Counted from the first letter of the stretch, positions 21,201 to 32,858 are shown. The stretch is DNA of 64,000 bases from Takakia lepidozioides (GCA_030704615.1 CM060733.1:35526001-35590000); one strand, 5' to 3'. Made by a program: numbers and translations. Notes: a model not told the origin generated them from the sequence alone.

Positions 21201-21668
21201 GTTTTCATCCTCCAAGTTCTGCCCTTGGGTTTCTTCTTCACTCATGTAACTCAACTGCAATGGTGTTGGAGAGTCTGAACTCTCCGTTGGCTCTGCCACA
21301 TCTTCTCCTCCTTCTTCACCTTCCGCTTCAGAAACTGGAGTTCCTGCTTTTGGTGTTCCATGCCAACTCTTATCAAAGATTTCTGTCAAATCTTTTATCC
21401 AGGGATGTACCTCAGATCTTTCACCTCGTGATTGATCTTCTTCTCGTACCAATTCCCTTAATCTTTCTCGCAAAGAAACAGAAGGAGTGTCATCCAACTC
21501 TAGTTCTTCTGGTATGGGTGATGTACTCTTTGATCTTAATGGCGTGAGAGGTCCAGATGATTCCCCTATGTCTATTCCTCTCTCCCAAAGATATGGATAA
21601 TTAGCTTTCAGATAGCTTTCTCTTTTTGCTGAATATCTCTGGCGTCTAGCTTCTCTTTCATCACTCAT
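18225..21668 (-). CDS. Gag-protease, 1147 aa
   Basis: Retrotransposon capsid-like PPFPIYSGKGDPDVH..LFPCSL..ASEWY. Zinc knuckles CAKCQNEGHTTTEC, CTICKMDNHSTENC and degenerate CYYCNQPGHHKAAY. Protease LIDGGYGVN..LLLGSPWL. Confidence 0.93.
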   Translation of the reverse strand: MSDEREARRQRYSAKRESYLKANYPYLWERGIDIGESSGPLTPLRSKSTSPIPEELELDDTPSVSLRERLRELVREEDQSRGERSEVHPWIKDLTEIFDKSWHGTPKAGTPVSEAEGEEGGEDVAEPTESSDSPTPLQLSYMSEEETQGQNLEDENREKKLEEEEYEEVDPTAEVETTTRTSQPVGPGSSGALGSQANEGVGSGGSGGLPGSGSGGTGSVESSATEAGNTVNIVGPEAGSAQGPPLGGRSTTKTTGPEGPAPARVPAPVSGQKVGPQMALQPTRAKPPFPIYSGKGDPDVHISQFEHMCIVNNENGEDAKMRLFPCSLIKKASEWYARFPDNHFLTWNGLNTAFRNRFRTSKTEDEVYGSLQQLKQKKHETVEEYMEKMELMMKKLAAVPAPGLQKTWFVSGLRPELQKKVDMLPHNTVEEAFETANRIEQLGMLRREKRDDEDSEDESDEEEEQELKRKSKRKEKLKRDNYEKRLEEILKKYATEAATHWRKGVWCAKCQNEGHTTTECHMKEKHCTICKMDNHSTENCYYNRRTVAREPRQVRVHQVQPQPRRNNDQDHYGRSGGYNNGMEGRGNSRGNYQGNSRGNYQGNPRGNYQPGNQDYRNNPRVDQGRGPNGEELCYYCNQPGHHKAAYSFWIRHQNEMRAPVNEGPVVAAHMVRPCVVPEVSTMIVTRSKAKLIPPVVEEEDDNEGGSDMPEDDEAWREEKELHKEVADTIREMQKSIDIPVADSSDSDGEEEVREKERKKEDADMKSNEETLAEVICQTKAEITIGQLLAVAPYCRHKLYQAINRIAQETGNTDLNSKVTSYNVKPEGRETVMDFDDSMPVIQLKIGSTELTDVLIDGGYGVNIMTDQLRKKLGLSNMKPAPFTVTMADQRSVQPLGLIRGVKIQIQKMIFMITVTVLKMDEVMEAYSLLLGSPWLKQARVFHDWNSQLLTVHNGIHEIQITTKKSSRLPATRRPRGVREYDWREGLDEEQEATLFAAHPEWEQVAEMRLESLSCLRGICCGVVTATPTEEETSSYPSHFYEEREGEMEILEEPATVSLQDEVVTGWTITADEQVREVNVGTKEEPRMVKVGADLEPKFFEEAKSLFIKYRDVFAWSYEDLKGIPPEVCQHKIELEPGSVPIKQARYK

Positions 21669-21693
21669 GTCCCATGTCTTTCATTTCTTTTTT

Positions 21694-22389
21694 TTAATGT
21701 GGCAATAACCAAAACTCTCTTCTGTAATATCTCTCGTATATGCCTAGGTTTCTTTCAAGCTTCAATGCACCCTTGGCTATACTTGAAGTCTCCGTTACCA
21801 TATAACCATATGGCAAACAAGTCTGGAAAGCTGTTCTTGGTGTGAGTTTGATCCACAAAATATCCTTTGGAATCCAATTCCTTACCGATACAAGCTCTTC
21901 ATGCATATGAGTATAAACATTCACTTTTCTTTCCTCCCAGCCTTCAAACTCTACTCGCTTAATGGATAGCAATGCTATCACATATACCAATGTTGGTAAC
22001 CAACGTGCTCTTCCTCTACAGGCCACCTGATAAATCTTTATCACTCCTTTCTCCAGACCCCACTCTGGGTCAGCATCATGCACTCTCTTAAGAATGTTTT
22101 CTTTACAACCGTCCGGCAATTCCAAAAACCTCTGGAAGAATCGTTTGGACAATCTTTCCTTCTCAGTTTCACAAGGAATTTGATTCACATCAAATTCTTT
22201 AATTCTCCATCCACCATGATCCCACCAGATGCCTGTCACATCTGGTTGTTCATGACCCAGTTCCCCAGTATGGTCGCCAAATGTCGCGCGGCTTTTACTC
22301 ACCCATCCCTTCGCTATCCGAGGCGGAAACTCCAAGATAGAAGAGTTGGAAATCTCTAAGTACTCAGCCCGCTCAGAACAATCAGTCAT
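21694..22389 (-). CDS. 231-aa ORF upstream of gag, starting inside the 5' LTR; unknown product
   Basis: Sense-strand ATG ORF that crosses the LTR end and PBS, fills the leader, and stops 25 nt before the gag ATG. No recognised domain. Confidence 0.45.
   Translation of the reverse strand: MTDCSERAEYLEISNSSILEFPPRIAKGWVSKSRATFGDHTGELGHEQPDVTGIWWDHGGWRIKEFDVNQIPCETEKERLSKRFFQRFLELPDGCKENILKRVHDADPEWGLEKGVIKIYQVACRGRARWLPTLVYVIALLSIKRVEFEGWEERKVNVYTHMHEELVSVRNWIPKDILWIKLTPRTAFQTCLPYGYMVTETSSIAKGALKLERNLGIYERYYRREFWLLPH
22262..22279 (-). other. Primer binding site TGGCGACCATACTGGGGA (tRNA-Arg type)
   Basis: Starts TGG 2 nt after the 5' LTR. Resembles the TGGCGAC..CTGGGGA tRNA-Arg PBS of Ogre/Tat-type elements; the tRNA assignment is from memory. 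Confidence 0.8.
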
Positions 22390-23247
22390 GACCTACAGCT
22401 AGTGTATCATGGGGGTGTTTCCTATTTGTTTTCCTTTCCGCATTCATGTTAGCTAGCTACCTTACTATTGATAATTGAGTATCAGTTTGCTCATCAACTC
22501 ATCCATTCATTCCACAGCTTCACTCAGATCTCTCTACACAGTGTGATTGTATCGTATAAGTATCAGATTATGATTTATCAGGTATCAGGCCGAAGCCATT
22601 GTGTCTCTAATCTCCTCTACAATATCACTACAGCTTTGCATATAACAAGCATCTACTAATCATCTCTCCTCCCACCGTGCTCTCCATGCTGGCTTTCGTT
22701 CTTGCTCTCCGCCCGATCCCTTCTCCTCCATGACCAAGAATCCCCCCCCCGGAGTGCTTCCAAGAATAATCCTCCTCATCTCAGTCCTTGATTCTCCCTT
22801 TATCTTCCTCCCCGTGGCTCTAACCGTTTCCCTCACTAACCGTCGTCCGTGAACTAACATGTTCTATTTGCAGGTGTTGTTCCCCACAGTCGTTCCCTGT
22901 CCTGCTCTCCGTTCCCTATGGTCGTGACAGCTGTGTTAAGTTGTGACTGGCTGTGTGAAACTGTGACGGGCTGTGACTGGCTGTGCGACTGTGTTTGGCT
23001 GTGTCAGGCTGTGTCGGCTGTGACGACTGTGTCGACTGTGACGGGCTGTGTTGGCTGTGTCGACTGTGACGGGCTATGTTGGCTGTGTCGGCTGTGATGG
23101 GCTGTGTCGACTGTGACGACTGTGTCACCCCCCTCTACAGTGCGCTGCTGTCACCCCTAAAGCTCATGTTGGTCTCAGTCTGTGCAAAAATTAAGGGTAC
23201 TCCTCAGATCCCATAAAAATGTCTAAGTCCCTGGCAGTCCTCTAACA
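22282..23247 (-). repeat. 5' LTR (966 bp)
   Basis: Direct repeat of 9929-10855. The length difference lies almost entirely in the internal GGCTGTG repeat block; otherwise only a few substitutions. Confidence 0.97.
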
Positions 23248-23252
23248 GGGGC

Positions 23253-26200
23253 AAAATGTATAAGCTGGGACCTGGTGGAGTACTTAAACGGTGCTTGTAC
23301 CACCATGAAGTAAATAAAGTTTTGGAGGAAATCCATAAAGGAGTGGCTGGAGGTCATTTTGGAGAAGAGACTACCAGTAGAAAGATACTACTTGCAGGTT
23401 ATTGGTGGCCTACTTTGTTCAAGGATGTACACAAGTATTGTAAGAGTTGTGAGTGTCAGAGGCTAGGACCATTGCAGAGATATGGGAAGATGGCTTTGCA
23501 TCCTACGATGCCTACTGAACCATTTCAGAAATGGGGACTAGACTTTGTTGGACCAATAAACCCACCAGCCAAGAATACACAGAACAAGTATATAATCACA
23601 GTCACTGATTATACTACAAAGTGGGTGGAAGCTAAAGCTCTGAGGGACAACACAGCTAAGTCCACAGCAAGGTTCCTATATGAGAACATACTTACACGAT
23701 TTGGTTGTCCCCTGGAATTTATCAGTGACTAGGGAAGTCACTTCATTAATGAGACCATAGAACTATTGACTAAAGAGTTTATGATTGTGCATAGGAAGAG
23801 TACAACTTATTACCCATAGGGTAATGGGCAGGCAGAGGCTACCAACAAAATATTATGTACTATCTTGGCTAAGATAGTCAATGCAAACAGAACAGATTGG
23901 GATACAAAGCTGCTGACAGCTTTGTGGTCATACAAGACTTCATATAAAGTCACCACTAAGTATACACCATTCCAATTAGTTTATGGTATGGAAGCTTTAC
24001 TTCCTGGAATTCTTGTTACCTACCATGAGAACTGAATGGGGAAGGAGAATGGAATTGGAAGATTCAATTAAGGTCAGGAAACATGAATTATACCATGTGG
24101 AAGAAGTACGTGCTGATGCAGCTGATAACATGACCAGAATTCAGATGAAGAGGAAGGATGAATTTGATGAAGGGAAATTAAAGACTTTTAAAACGGGAGA
24201 TTTGGTTCTGTGGTTGCAAAAGAAGGGGAAGATTAAGGTTTCTAAGCTTAAATCACCATGGAAAGGACCTTATGTCATACAGAAGATGTATGATAACAAC
24301 ACCGCCATGTTACAAACCATTAACATAGAGATGCTGGGAAGAGTCAATGCCAATAAGTTGAAGGGATACAGTGGTATCCATGACAAACCATTGAGGCACG
24401 ACTTGCATATAGAAACTCAGAAACAGTCACGGGCTACACCGGTAATACCAACGGAGCATGAAGCACTTGTCGTAAAACCGATTGTGTATGGACTGAGTAG
24501 AGAACACAGGTGTTTGCATAGCTACCACAGCCCACGACAGCATCACACAGTTTATCACAGCCCACCACAGCTTGACACAGCCCACGCGCGTTACACAGTC
24601 CATAGGGTCAGTGACAGGTGGACGCGGGTTAACGTCCGAAAAGTGGCCGACGGAAGATAGGACGGGGGCAGGTTTAGAAACGGACACGTGGACGCCAGGG
24701 CAAGATACACAGTCGTGCATATATGGCAAAAGTGGGTGTCATCAAGAAAGAAGACAAATTCGGCTGTCAAAGTACCTATCCGGCACATCAACCCAAACTA
24801 ATTGTGGGCCCATTAATGCATTCAGGGCAAGGGTAACGGAACCCTTTACGAGTACAGAGAAGGGGAATCTTTGCCACATGTGCTATCCTAGTGGACATTC
24901 CAGGGGGGAAAGTCCACTGAAGGGAATTAAATTAAAAAGTTACTCAAAGAGGCAACAACCAATCATGAGCCAGAATTACCTGCAGAGGGTATCCTCCAAG
25001 AAACAAGATCAAGAATTTAGCAGGATTATGAGCGCAAGAGTCGGGGTGACTCCGAATAACGGGCGTCTCGACAGGAGAGGCAATCAAAGCTATAGCTTTG
25101 TAGTTATGGCGGAAATTACAGACTACACGCTCGCTTTACTTCTTACGCAGTGGCACAAGGACAGACGAACTAAGAGTACATTCTCTCTCAATCGATACTT
25201 GCAAGCCCCACAGGCTTACAAACACTTACCCATTTCATTCTGTGCCAACCATACTTTTATGCTCTGTGCTCTACAGGCGTTTCTTCAGTTGTTCCAACCA
25301 AAACCTTTTTGTTTGTCTAGAATGAAGAGAGTGAGAGGAATGGAGGATATCAGGGTGAAGAGCGCCACAATATTGCAGAGGCAAACGATTGCTACACCAC
25401 AGGCAGTGCAGCTGCTGAGGGAGCTGCGATTGGAGGGGCTGCTGCGCAAAGACTGGTCATTGCATCATCGGCAGTACATGCTGCAATTTCTGCAGAACTT
25501 TGAGCCTAAGACGGGAGTAACCCAGGTGAGGGGAGTAGAGATAGGAATTACTCCCCAGTACCTACAGCAACTATTCGAATTGCCATCGGGTCAGGTGGAT
25601 GTGGATGAGCACAGGGCAAGATTTCAGATAGGGAACATGTTCCAAGAAGGCAGTTTCTTTAAGACTCAAGGTTACGCTTGCACAAAAGCCGAGTACCCAG
25701 GGCTCAGAGAGGTTGGCCAATATTGAACGTTTTGTTTGCCATGAAACAGAATCAAAAGTATTTGAGCAAGTCATTCACAGAGGAGATATTAAAAGCCTTA
25801 CGAGGAGAGGATGTAGCTTGGGCAAAATTAATGTACAATGGTCTGGTGGAAGAGATGAAGAGGTTACAGGGCACTGCTGCTAAGTCTCCGATCATAGTGT
25901 CGGGCCCAGTCATTGCGCAGATCATTCTTGACTCTTGCATACTTGATGCGCGAGAACGGAAGGAGATGGGAGTGTTTGAGGCAGCAACCACTACAATAGA
26001 GGAGCAAGGTTCTTCACATGGTGAGGGGGGACTGGCAGAGCAACAACAGTCTAAGAGACAGAAGAGGGGTATCACAGTAGTGGCAGACCCATTGGCTTCA
26101 AGAGACCCGCAAGAAGATGTTTCCCAAACTCTTGTGCAGGAGGGGGCACAGCAGCACAAAGAGCTGTTGTTACAAAAAGCACAACCTTTGGAGAGGGAAG

Positions 26201-26676
26201 AAGAAGTTACTTCGGTATCATAGCAATCATAGCTAGTTGAACCGATTGTCTCAGGGGTACCTCAAGTAGTACATGCTGCTCCACCACAACCTGTTGCTTT
26301 GGAAAAAGAAGGGTTAGACATTCCCACTACAGAGCAAGTAGTGGCAAAAATTGAGAAGGGTGACCTTCTCTATGAAAACTCAGGTTTGGTCAGGGAATCA
26401 AGGATACCAGAGGTGCAGAGTCTGTCCAAGGAAATCCCTACTGTGCAGATAATACCCACACTTGTGACGGAGGTACCAGGGGTAGAACATGAGGACACTG
26501 CAGCACTTGTGGAGGATGAGGTGGAGCAGGAAGAGAATCTGGTGGGGCAATGGCCTGAATGGTTCGTGAAGCATCACACTGTGGAGGATCAGGGAGAATA
26601 GCAGCAAGTTCACCATGATGACCCCCAGCAGGCCATGCTTATGAGTTCCATAAGCAGGACACTCAATTTGTTGGGG
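23253..26676 (+). mobile_element. Older Ty3/gypsy copy, part 2 (integrase plus extra ORF), degenerate and 3'-truncated
   Basis: Resumes at KMYKLGP straight after the TSD. Collinear with the inner element up to MLMSSISRTLNLLG. Several TAG stops and frameshifts. Cut by terminus A at ~26675. Confidence 0.92.
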
Positions 26677-26895
26677 GGGCTGCTATTTCATGAGCGGCAT
26701 GAGCATGAGCGGAAAAAAAAAAAGCATGAGCAGACCATTGTGAGTCCACGGAAATAGGGTTAGGAGGCACGGAAATAGGGTCATGTGAAGTTGGAATGTG
26801 GCACCAGTGGACTTAAAATGCAACATTTTATTGCAAATTTTGTGGCAAGCCACGTCTATACAAGTGTGTTCTAACTGTCATAGCCGGAATGGGCA

Positions 26896-29800
26896 CTACT
26901 CTCCTACACCCTCCGAGGAACTTGCCCCACCTTCTTCCTCATCCCCCTCATCCCCCTCATCCTCCGAGCTCTGTGATGCATCAGTTCCACTATGCCTCTC
27001 AAAAATCCCGTCCTCTCCTTGGGGGACTGTCCACCTCACCTCCTGGGAATCTTCTGCGTCTTCTCCCCCACTTTCCTCAGCAGAATCCAACACAAATCTA
27101 CGAGCCCGACGGGCTCTAATAGCTGCTGCCTCCTCCCTCATCTTCATTTTCTTGAGGCTTGCCTCGTCTAAAATCTGCTGTACACGACTACGTTCGGAAC
27201 ACCTCCTAATGGACACCGAAGCAAGCCGGGCAGCATAAGTAGGCAGGATGTACTCCCTTTCTGGACTAGGCATGAAATCTCCCCTGGCAAAAAAAGGCAC
27301 GTTCCTCCTGCCCATGAACTCCGGTGTAGACGTCCCTCCGGCAGTACTTGGCATCCTACAGTAAGAACAAATCCACTTGAAGAATGTCAATACCAGCACA
27401 ACCAGAAAGGGTTTCAATGAAATAAGAGAGCGGAGGGAGGTGCCTCACAAAATCTGGAGGCAACTTACAATGCCACCACTCACTCGTAAACCGGGGGCTC
27501 CTCGGCCTCGATCCCAACTTCCTCCCCCTGCTCCTTCTCGGATTTTCCTCATCCTCCGAGGATGCCTCTTCCTCTTTCGGCAGACGTTCAGCCGCTGCAA
27601 GTTCCGAGTTGTGGAGGGCAGTACCTGGCTCGAAGGCGAACACATGCCTGTCGGACAACGTCCCTGCCCACATTGAAGCACCTGAGGAACAAAGCGGGCG
27701 GTTAATAGCTTGCGGCATGCAATTGCAATGGGGCCAGGGGACAAACTGAGGACGTGAAGGCTTACCCGTGCCGCATGTGAGGTCCAGAATCCGCCCTTGG
27801 ACATCCGAGCACGTCTCCATGAGGGTTTGGATGAAAGCAGGGCTTCGGGTCCGGCTGTACCGCCACGGTTTGCCTGTCTTTGTGTCCTTCGGCATACTAG
27901 AGTGGGGCACATAGTTGTAGAGGACATCGTAGGTTACAGGGTCCACAGCGGCATCAACAAGACGACCGTCGTTGCGGAATTTGAACGTAGACCCTCTCTT
28001 CACAAAGCAATATGCCTCAAACACCAATGTCTGCACATCCAACAAAGAAGGGATCAATTCCAGGGTCTACTTAACATACACCACAATATGAAGTGAATGC
28101 AATAGATTGATAACTTACACTTTGGCCCTCTGTTCGCAACCCCTGCGTACTGATGCAGAACCATTTTCTGAGGAGGACCGGGGTGACACTTTTCGGTGTC
28201 CACCTTGCCACCGCATTCTCTGTGGTCTTCCCTCTCGTGGCAAGGACAACCACACATCCACCGTCATCCAGAAGCATCCCCGCCAGCCCAAACCCGGCTT
28301 TCCAGTAGTCCTCAGTAAACCTGTTCCAGGTGGGCACACCATCCAGGCCCTCCAGCAGCTCCCCATCTGGAATGTCGAGGAGAATCATGTCGCAAGCTCT
28401 CTCCACCTCAACCCCCCCCCGAGTGCTCTTGCAATTCGTGCTCACAGCCGTGAAGAATTCCATCATGGCTTCAAAACCAGGGGTGTCTTTAGGCTCTGTA
28501 CCGGCAGCCCTCTTCTTGGCTTTCCCCTTCTGCTCCGCCAGAGATTGTTGTGTGCCACCTTCTTCGCCCTGGCAGCGAGAGCGTCAAGGAAGCTCTCATT
28601 GACGCATTGGATGATGGTTGGAGGTTCTAGCTTTGGCCTGTGCGTAAACGTCACCGCCGAATACCGCCGTGTAGGCTCGCCCTCAAATGCCAACTTCTTG
28701 GCAGAGCCAGTCCCACTCCGAACTGACTTGGGAACCCGGACGACCGGTGACTGGGTAGGAGCAACAGCAGTCGCAGGACCTTGAACAAAATCGGCGTCGG
28801 AGTCACTCTCTTGGGTCCCCTCCTGCGCCTCCTCCGATGCCCCGATGGTTTTCTTCTTTTTGGGTGTTACTGCAGTCACCTGTTTCCTTGTCCTTTTCCT
28901 TTGACCTTTACTCTTCTCATGCAATTTCTCCTGAATTCCTGTCTGAGCAAGCTCTGCCGCTTTCCTGGAGTTCGCAAGCGCTTTTGCCTCTTTTGCACCC
29001 AACGGAGGCAGCGGAGCCCGGTTTCGTCGGAATTCAGCATCCAGCTTCAATTGAAACTCGGATGGGTCGAGCGAGCCGGGCGGAAGGTCCACATACCAAG
29101 GGCAATCACGCAAATGTTCCAGATGCCACTCCTTCACAATATCGTCAGTGTACATGGAGTCAGCCCCGGGGTTCCTCCATGCCAGGAAGAATGGTGGCTC
29201 GAAAGACAGATGACCTTTCTCCAAAAGCGAGAACTTACAGTACCTGCATTCATGAAAAAACCCAATGAGGTCCGAAAATGGCTAAGTCCCTGAACGGCAA
29301 TAGGGCCTACAACTGGAATATGGCGCCGAATTTCCACTTCAGGGCCACCCAGTCTAGGGACTTAGCCCGAAAATGGCTAAGTCCCTGGACGGCAATAGGG
29401 CCTGGAACTGGAAAACGGCGCCGAATTTCCACTTCCGGGCCAGCCACCCTAGGGACTTAGACCAAAAATGGCTAAGTCCCTGGACGGCAATAGGGCCTAG
29501 AACTGGAAAACGGCGCCGAATTTCCAGTTCCGGGCCAGCCACCCTAGGGACTTAGACCGAAAATGGCTAAGTCCCTGGACGGCAATAGGGCCTGGAACTG
29601 GAATATGGCGCCGAATTTCCACTTCAGGGCCAGCCAGTCTAGGGACTTAGCCCGAAAATGGCTAAGTCCCTGGACGGCAATAGGGCCTAGAACTGGAAAA
29701 CGGCGCCGAATTTCCAGTTCCGGGCCAGCCACCCTAGGGACTTAGACCGAAAATGGCTAAGTCCCTGGACGGCAATAGGGCTGGAACTGGAATATGGCGC

Positions 29801-32613
29801 CGAATTTCCACTTCAGGGCCAGCCAGTCTAGGGACTTAGCCCGAAAATGGCTTAAGTCCCTGGACGGCAATAGGGCTAGAACTGGAAAACGGCGCCGAAA
29901 TTTCCAGTTCCGGGCCAGCCACACTAGGGACTTAGCCCGGAAAATGGCTAAGTCCCTGAACGGCAATAGGGCCTGGAACTGGAAAATGGCGCCGAATTTC
30001 CAGTTCCGGGCCAGCCAGTCTAGGGACTTTGCCATTTTCGGAGCCCTGACTGGAAATCGGCGCCATTTTCCCTAACACCACTTAGGCCTCTAACATCCTG
30101 AAATGCCAGGACTTGAAGAAAGGCAGCGCGTATGTACCTGTACGAAGGCGCATTGCTGCTTTGTCCGCGTTCGGCTGGTCGGTGAACTCGTGGCTCCGGC
30201 GAGCATCTGCTATCGTCCCGAAAGAATAGGTTGGTTTTTAGAGCAGAAAGTACCTCGTCACATAGTCACGTAGGCTCTCTGCTGCAGGAGATATCTCCAT
30301 CTTGAACTGATGTGCTTGTGTGTGTCCAGCTGCTCTTGCGCATTAGTCGTCACCTGTGGAGATTGTCCATCAGATCGCTTTCCTCAAAAAATACAATGAA
30401 TCCACCCCCTACTGAGTAGAAGCCCCAAACGAAGCCGTGGGGAAGGTACCTGAACCACCATGTCATGCGGTTCATCCACATGTCGAATGTGGGTCAGAGA
30501 GTTTGTCCGGTTTGGGGAAGCTCCACATGTCCCTGGTACTTTGGGAACCATTCCAGATTGGAGCCACCGGGTCTGTTCAACCACCCAGCATATTCGTAAG
30601 AGCCAAAACACCACAAAAAGGAGTTGTTGCCACCACAATTTGGTTAAGAATGTATCACCGTTCTGTTGCATCCACACAGGATGTGGCTAGACGATGGAGC
30701 TTCTCCAATGTCATCGTGGGCTTCAGAGCGCGAGAGTGTGCTTTCCCACCTCCACCGAAAGTCGGCACCAAGGGCGGGATAAGCTATGGCCACGTGGTAT
30801 TACCATCCGCTGACTGTATTATGCGGGCCTCACCTCCGCAGCTTTGACATACGATTCGAGTTCCGGGAGGGTTGATTCTTCTCCTCTGACTCCATGTAGA
30901 ACCTCGCGCATGTGCCAAATCCTGCTGTATTTTCGTCTGTCGAAAAGGCGCACATAAGATTAGAGATCCTGCTCAACACAATTCTTCTATTGGGGGAGGA
31001 GAGACAATTAGCTCAACAAAACTGCAGGAGGCTTTACCCGAATTATGTAGTCCACCATGGCGTCGACGCTCAGCCTATACCAGGTTTGTCTGCTTTGCCT
31101 CCGACTTGGCAGGAGGTCGCGCACTGAGGGAATGGCCCAACTCTTGCACCCCCTGCTTCCCGACATCCTCACTCGGAAGAGCATAGGGACAAGTTGGTGG
31201 CAATGAAGGCATCTCAGTCACCCTGCAAGTGCACTTCCATCAAAACAATTACTGAAATGGGAATTTTCATCATTAGAGGAGGATTCGCAAATGAAATGAC
31301 TTCCAAATTCAAAGTTCCAAAATCGAGGGGGTTGTAGCTTACGAGTTGATGTCGGCCATTGCAGCTTTGAGAAGACTGCGATCTTTGGGCCCAGCCACAT
31401 TCAGCACAACACAATCGACGGCGAAATGCAAATCGAGATCGTTGGGGTGGGCTTGGGCAATGTGCTCCATACATGCCAGGAGGCAGGCGATGATTGACGT
31501 CCCACACGTAGAACATCTTACCGACATGTGTGGGAAAAGAGGATCACTAGCCAATCGATCTCTCGAAATCCTCATTTCGCGTTTGCCAATGGGGACCCCA
31601 TTGGTCCACCTCATCGGAAGAGTGTGGGCACGGAGCTCCGTGGTCGTTCTCAATGGGAAAGTAAAAGGCGGCAGACCCCATCGATAATCATCCGAAAGAG
31701 GAATTTCAGCTTGTCGTATAGCCTGGGAGGGCAGGTTCACCACTGCAAATGACACCAAGCGGCAAAGGGGAATTCGAAGCTTGGCCGGGGTACACCATGC
31801 CCAACAGGCACCCTGCCACTGTTATGTGGGTTGCCTCCAACATCTTGGCAGCGGCCAACTTCATATCCGCCTCAGACATGACGTCTGCTGCAGAGGGGTT
31901 TTCCGGCAGCCCACCAGGACCGCCAATCCAGCCTGTATGCTCCGGGTTTGGGGCCTGGGGATGTCCGGGAGAATGTCATCCTGGTCAGAAAGCTCCCTGT
32001 CGTCCTCCTCAACAGGGTCAGCCACCTGCGAAACCACCTCCAGCACTCTCGTCGTCTCTTACTGCCCTCTCCCTGGCTTCACCTCGAACTTGCACAATCG
32101 GTGCTCTTTCAGGTGTTCTTTCCTCTCCTCCACTCTCCACCGTATGGGTAATTGCGGGGGCTGCTCTTGCCCGCGATGGTCTAACCGGTGTGCTACTGCC
32201 TCTCTGTGGTGTCTTGTAGGGATCCACCGTCTCTGTGTGTCCCTCGCTTACATTGCATCTGTCATTTGGGCACCCCTGGCCTCTTCAGCTGCCTTTTTGT
32301 CTTTCCTCCTGCTAGCATTCTGTCTCGTCTGTTCTTTTGCCCTCTCTTTTGCCCTCTCACGGGCTTTCTGTTTCTTACTAGGGCTAGCAGCAGGGGAGCC
32401 CTCCAGGACGACCACCTTTGATTGAGGCGAACTGACACCCTCGCGCGCACTGCTCACTCCCCCCTCCGCAGCCCGTGACTGCTCTCTCGCCGGGGATTGC
32501 ATGTGCTTAGCTTTCTTCTTTTTCTTTGCGTGGGCGGGCCCTACTGCATGTGCATGAACAACCTCCATTGCCGGATCTGCTGTCCTCATGTCCTCACGCC
32601 CTTCACCTGCCAT
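26896..32613 (-). pseudogene. Multi-exon gene: basic/disordered N-terminus, ParB/Srx-like region, linker, DNA amino-MTase-like domain, acidic tail; frameshifted as assembled
   Basis: Candidate ATG at 32613 (MAGEGRED..KKKKKAK). Across frameshifts, 31340-31680 reads AAFYFPIENDHG..QWGPHWQTRNEDFE..DPLF..KMFYVWDVNHRL..MEHIAQAHPNDLDLHFAVDCVVLNV..AAMADIN, then a GTAAGC donor. Exon YCKFSLLEKG.. starts at ~29243. MTase motifs as in copy 1. The middle exons are only approximately resolved. Confidence 0.55.
29271..30072. repeat. 95-bp tandem array (~8 units, two subtypes) of imperfect palindromes inside an intron
   Basis: AAAATGGCTAAGTCCCT recurs at 29275, 29370, 29465, 29560, 29655, 29750, ~29844 and ~29941. 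It lies between a minus-strand donor (~30137) and acceptor (~29244). Confidence 0.92.
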
Positions 32614-32858
32614 GCCGCCTGCACCAACCTCCCCAATGCCTACTCTCGTAATCTCGTTGCAAAGTCCTCCCGTCCACCAACAAAAGGATTTAAGTTTGCC
32701 CTCTCGCCCCAAGTTGGGCGATTCAAACATGCGATGAGTTGGAGCTGTCGATGATACCACCAGCGTTGCGGGCTCGTCGTCACTCTGTGATTGACAAAAA
32801 TCGTGTGAACACCAACAGCGGTGCAAAAGCAGCAGCGCAACCACCATAGCAGCAATCA

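Larger units (their letters stand above)
9929..23247 (-). mobile_element. Full-length non-chromoviral Ty3/gypsy LTR retrotransposon (13,319 bp)
   Basis: Two near-identical LTRs with TG..CA ends. 5-bp TSD GGGGC (9924-9928; 23248-23252). PBS, PPT and gag-PR-RT-RH-INT order. No chromodomain seen. Confidence 0.97.
26675..32858 (-). mobile_element. Copy 3 of the unclassified element (end A plus nearly the whole ParB-like/MTase-like gene), running into the gap
   Basis: 26675-29144 is the reverse complement of 1-2500. It continues upstream with further exons and an intronic tandem array. Confidence 0.7.

Noticed and set aside
29278-30075. Repeated 60-93 aa ORFs
   Set aside because: Translations of the 95-bp intronic array.
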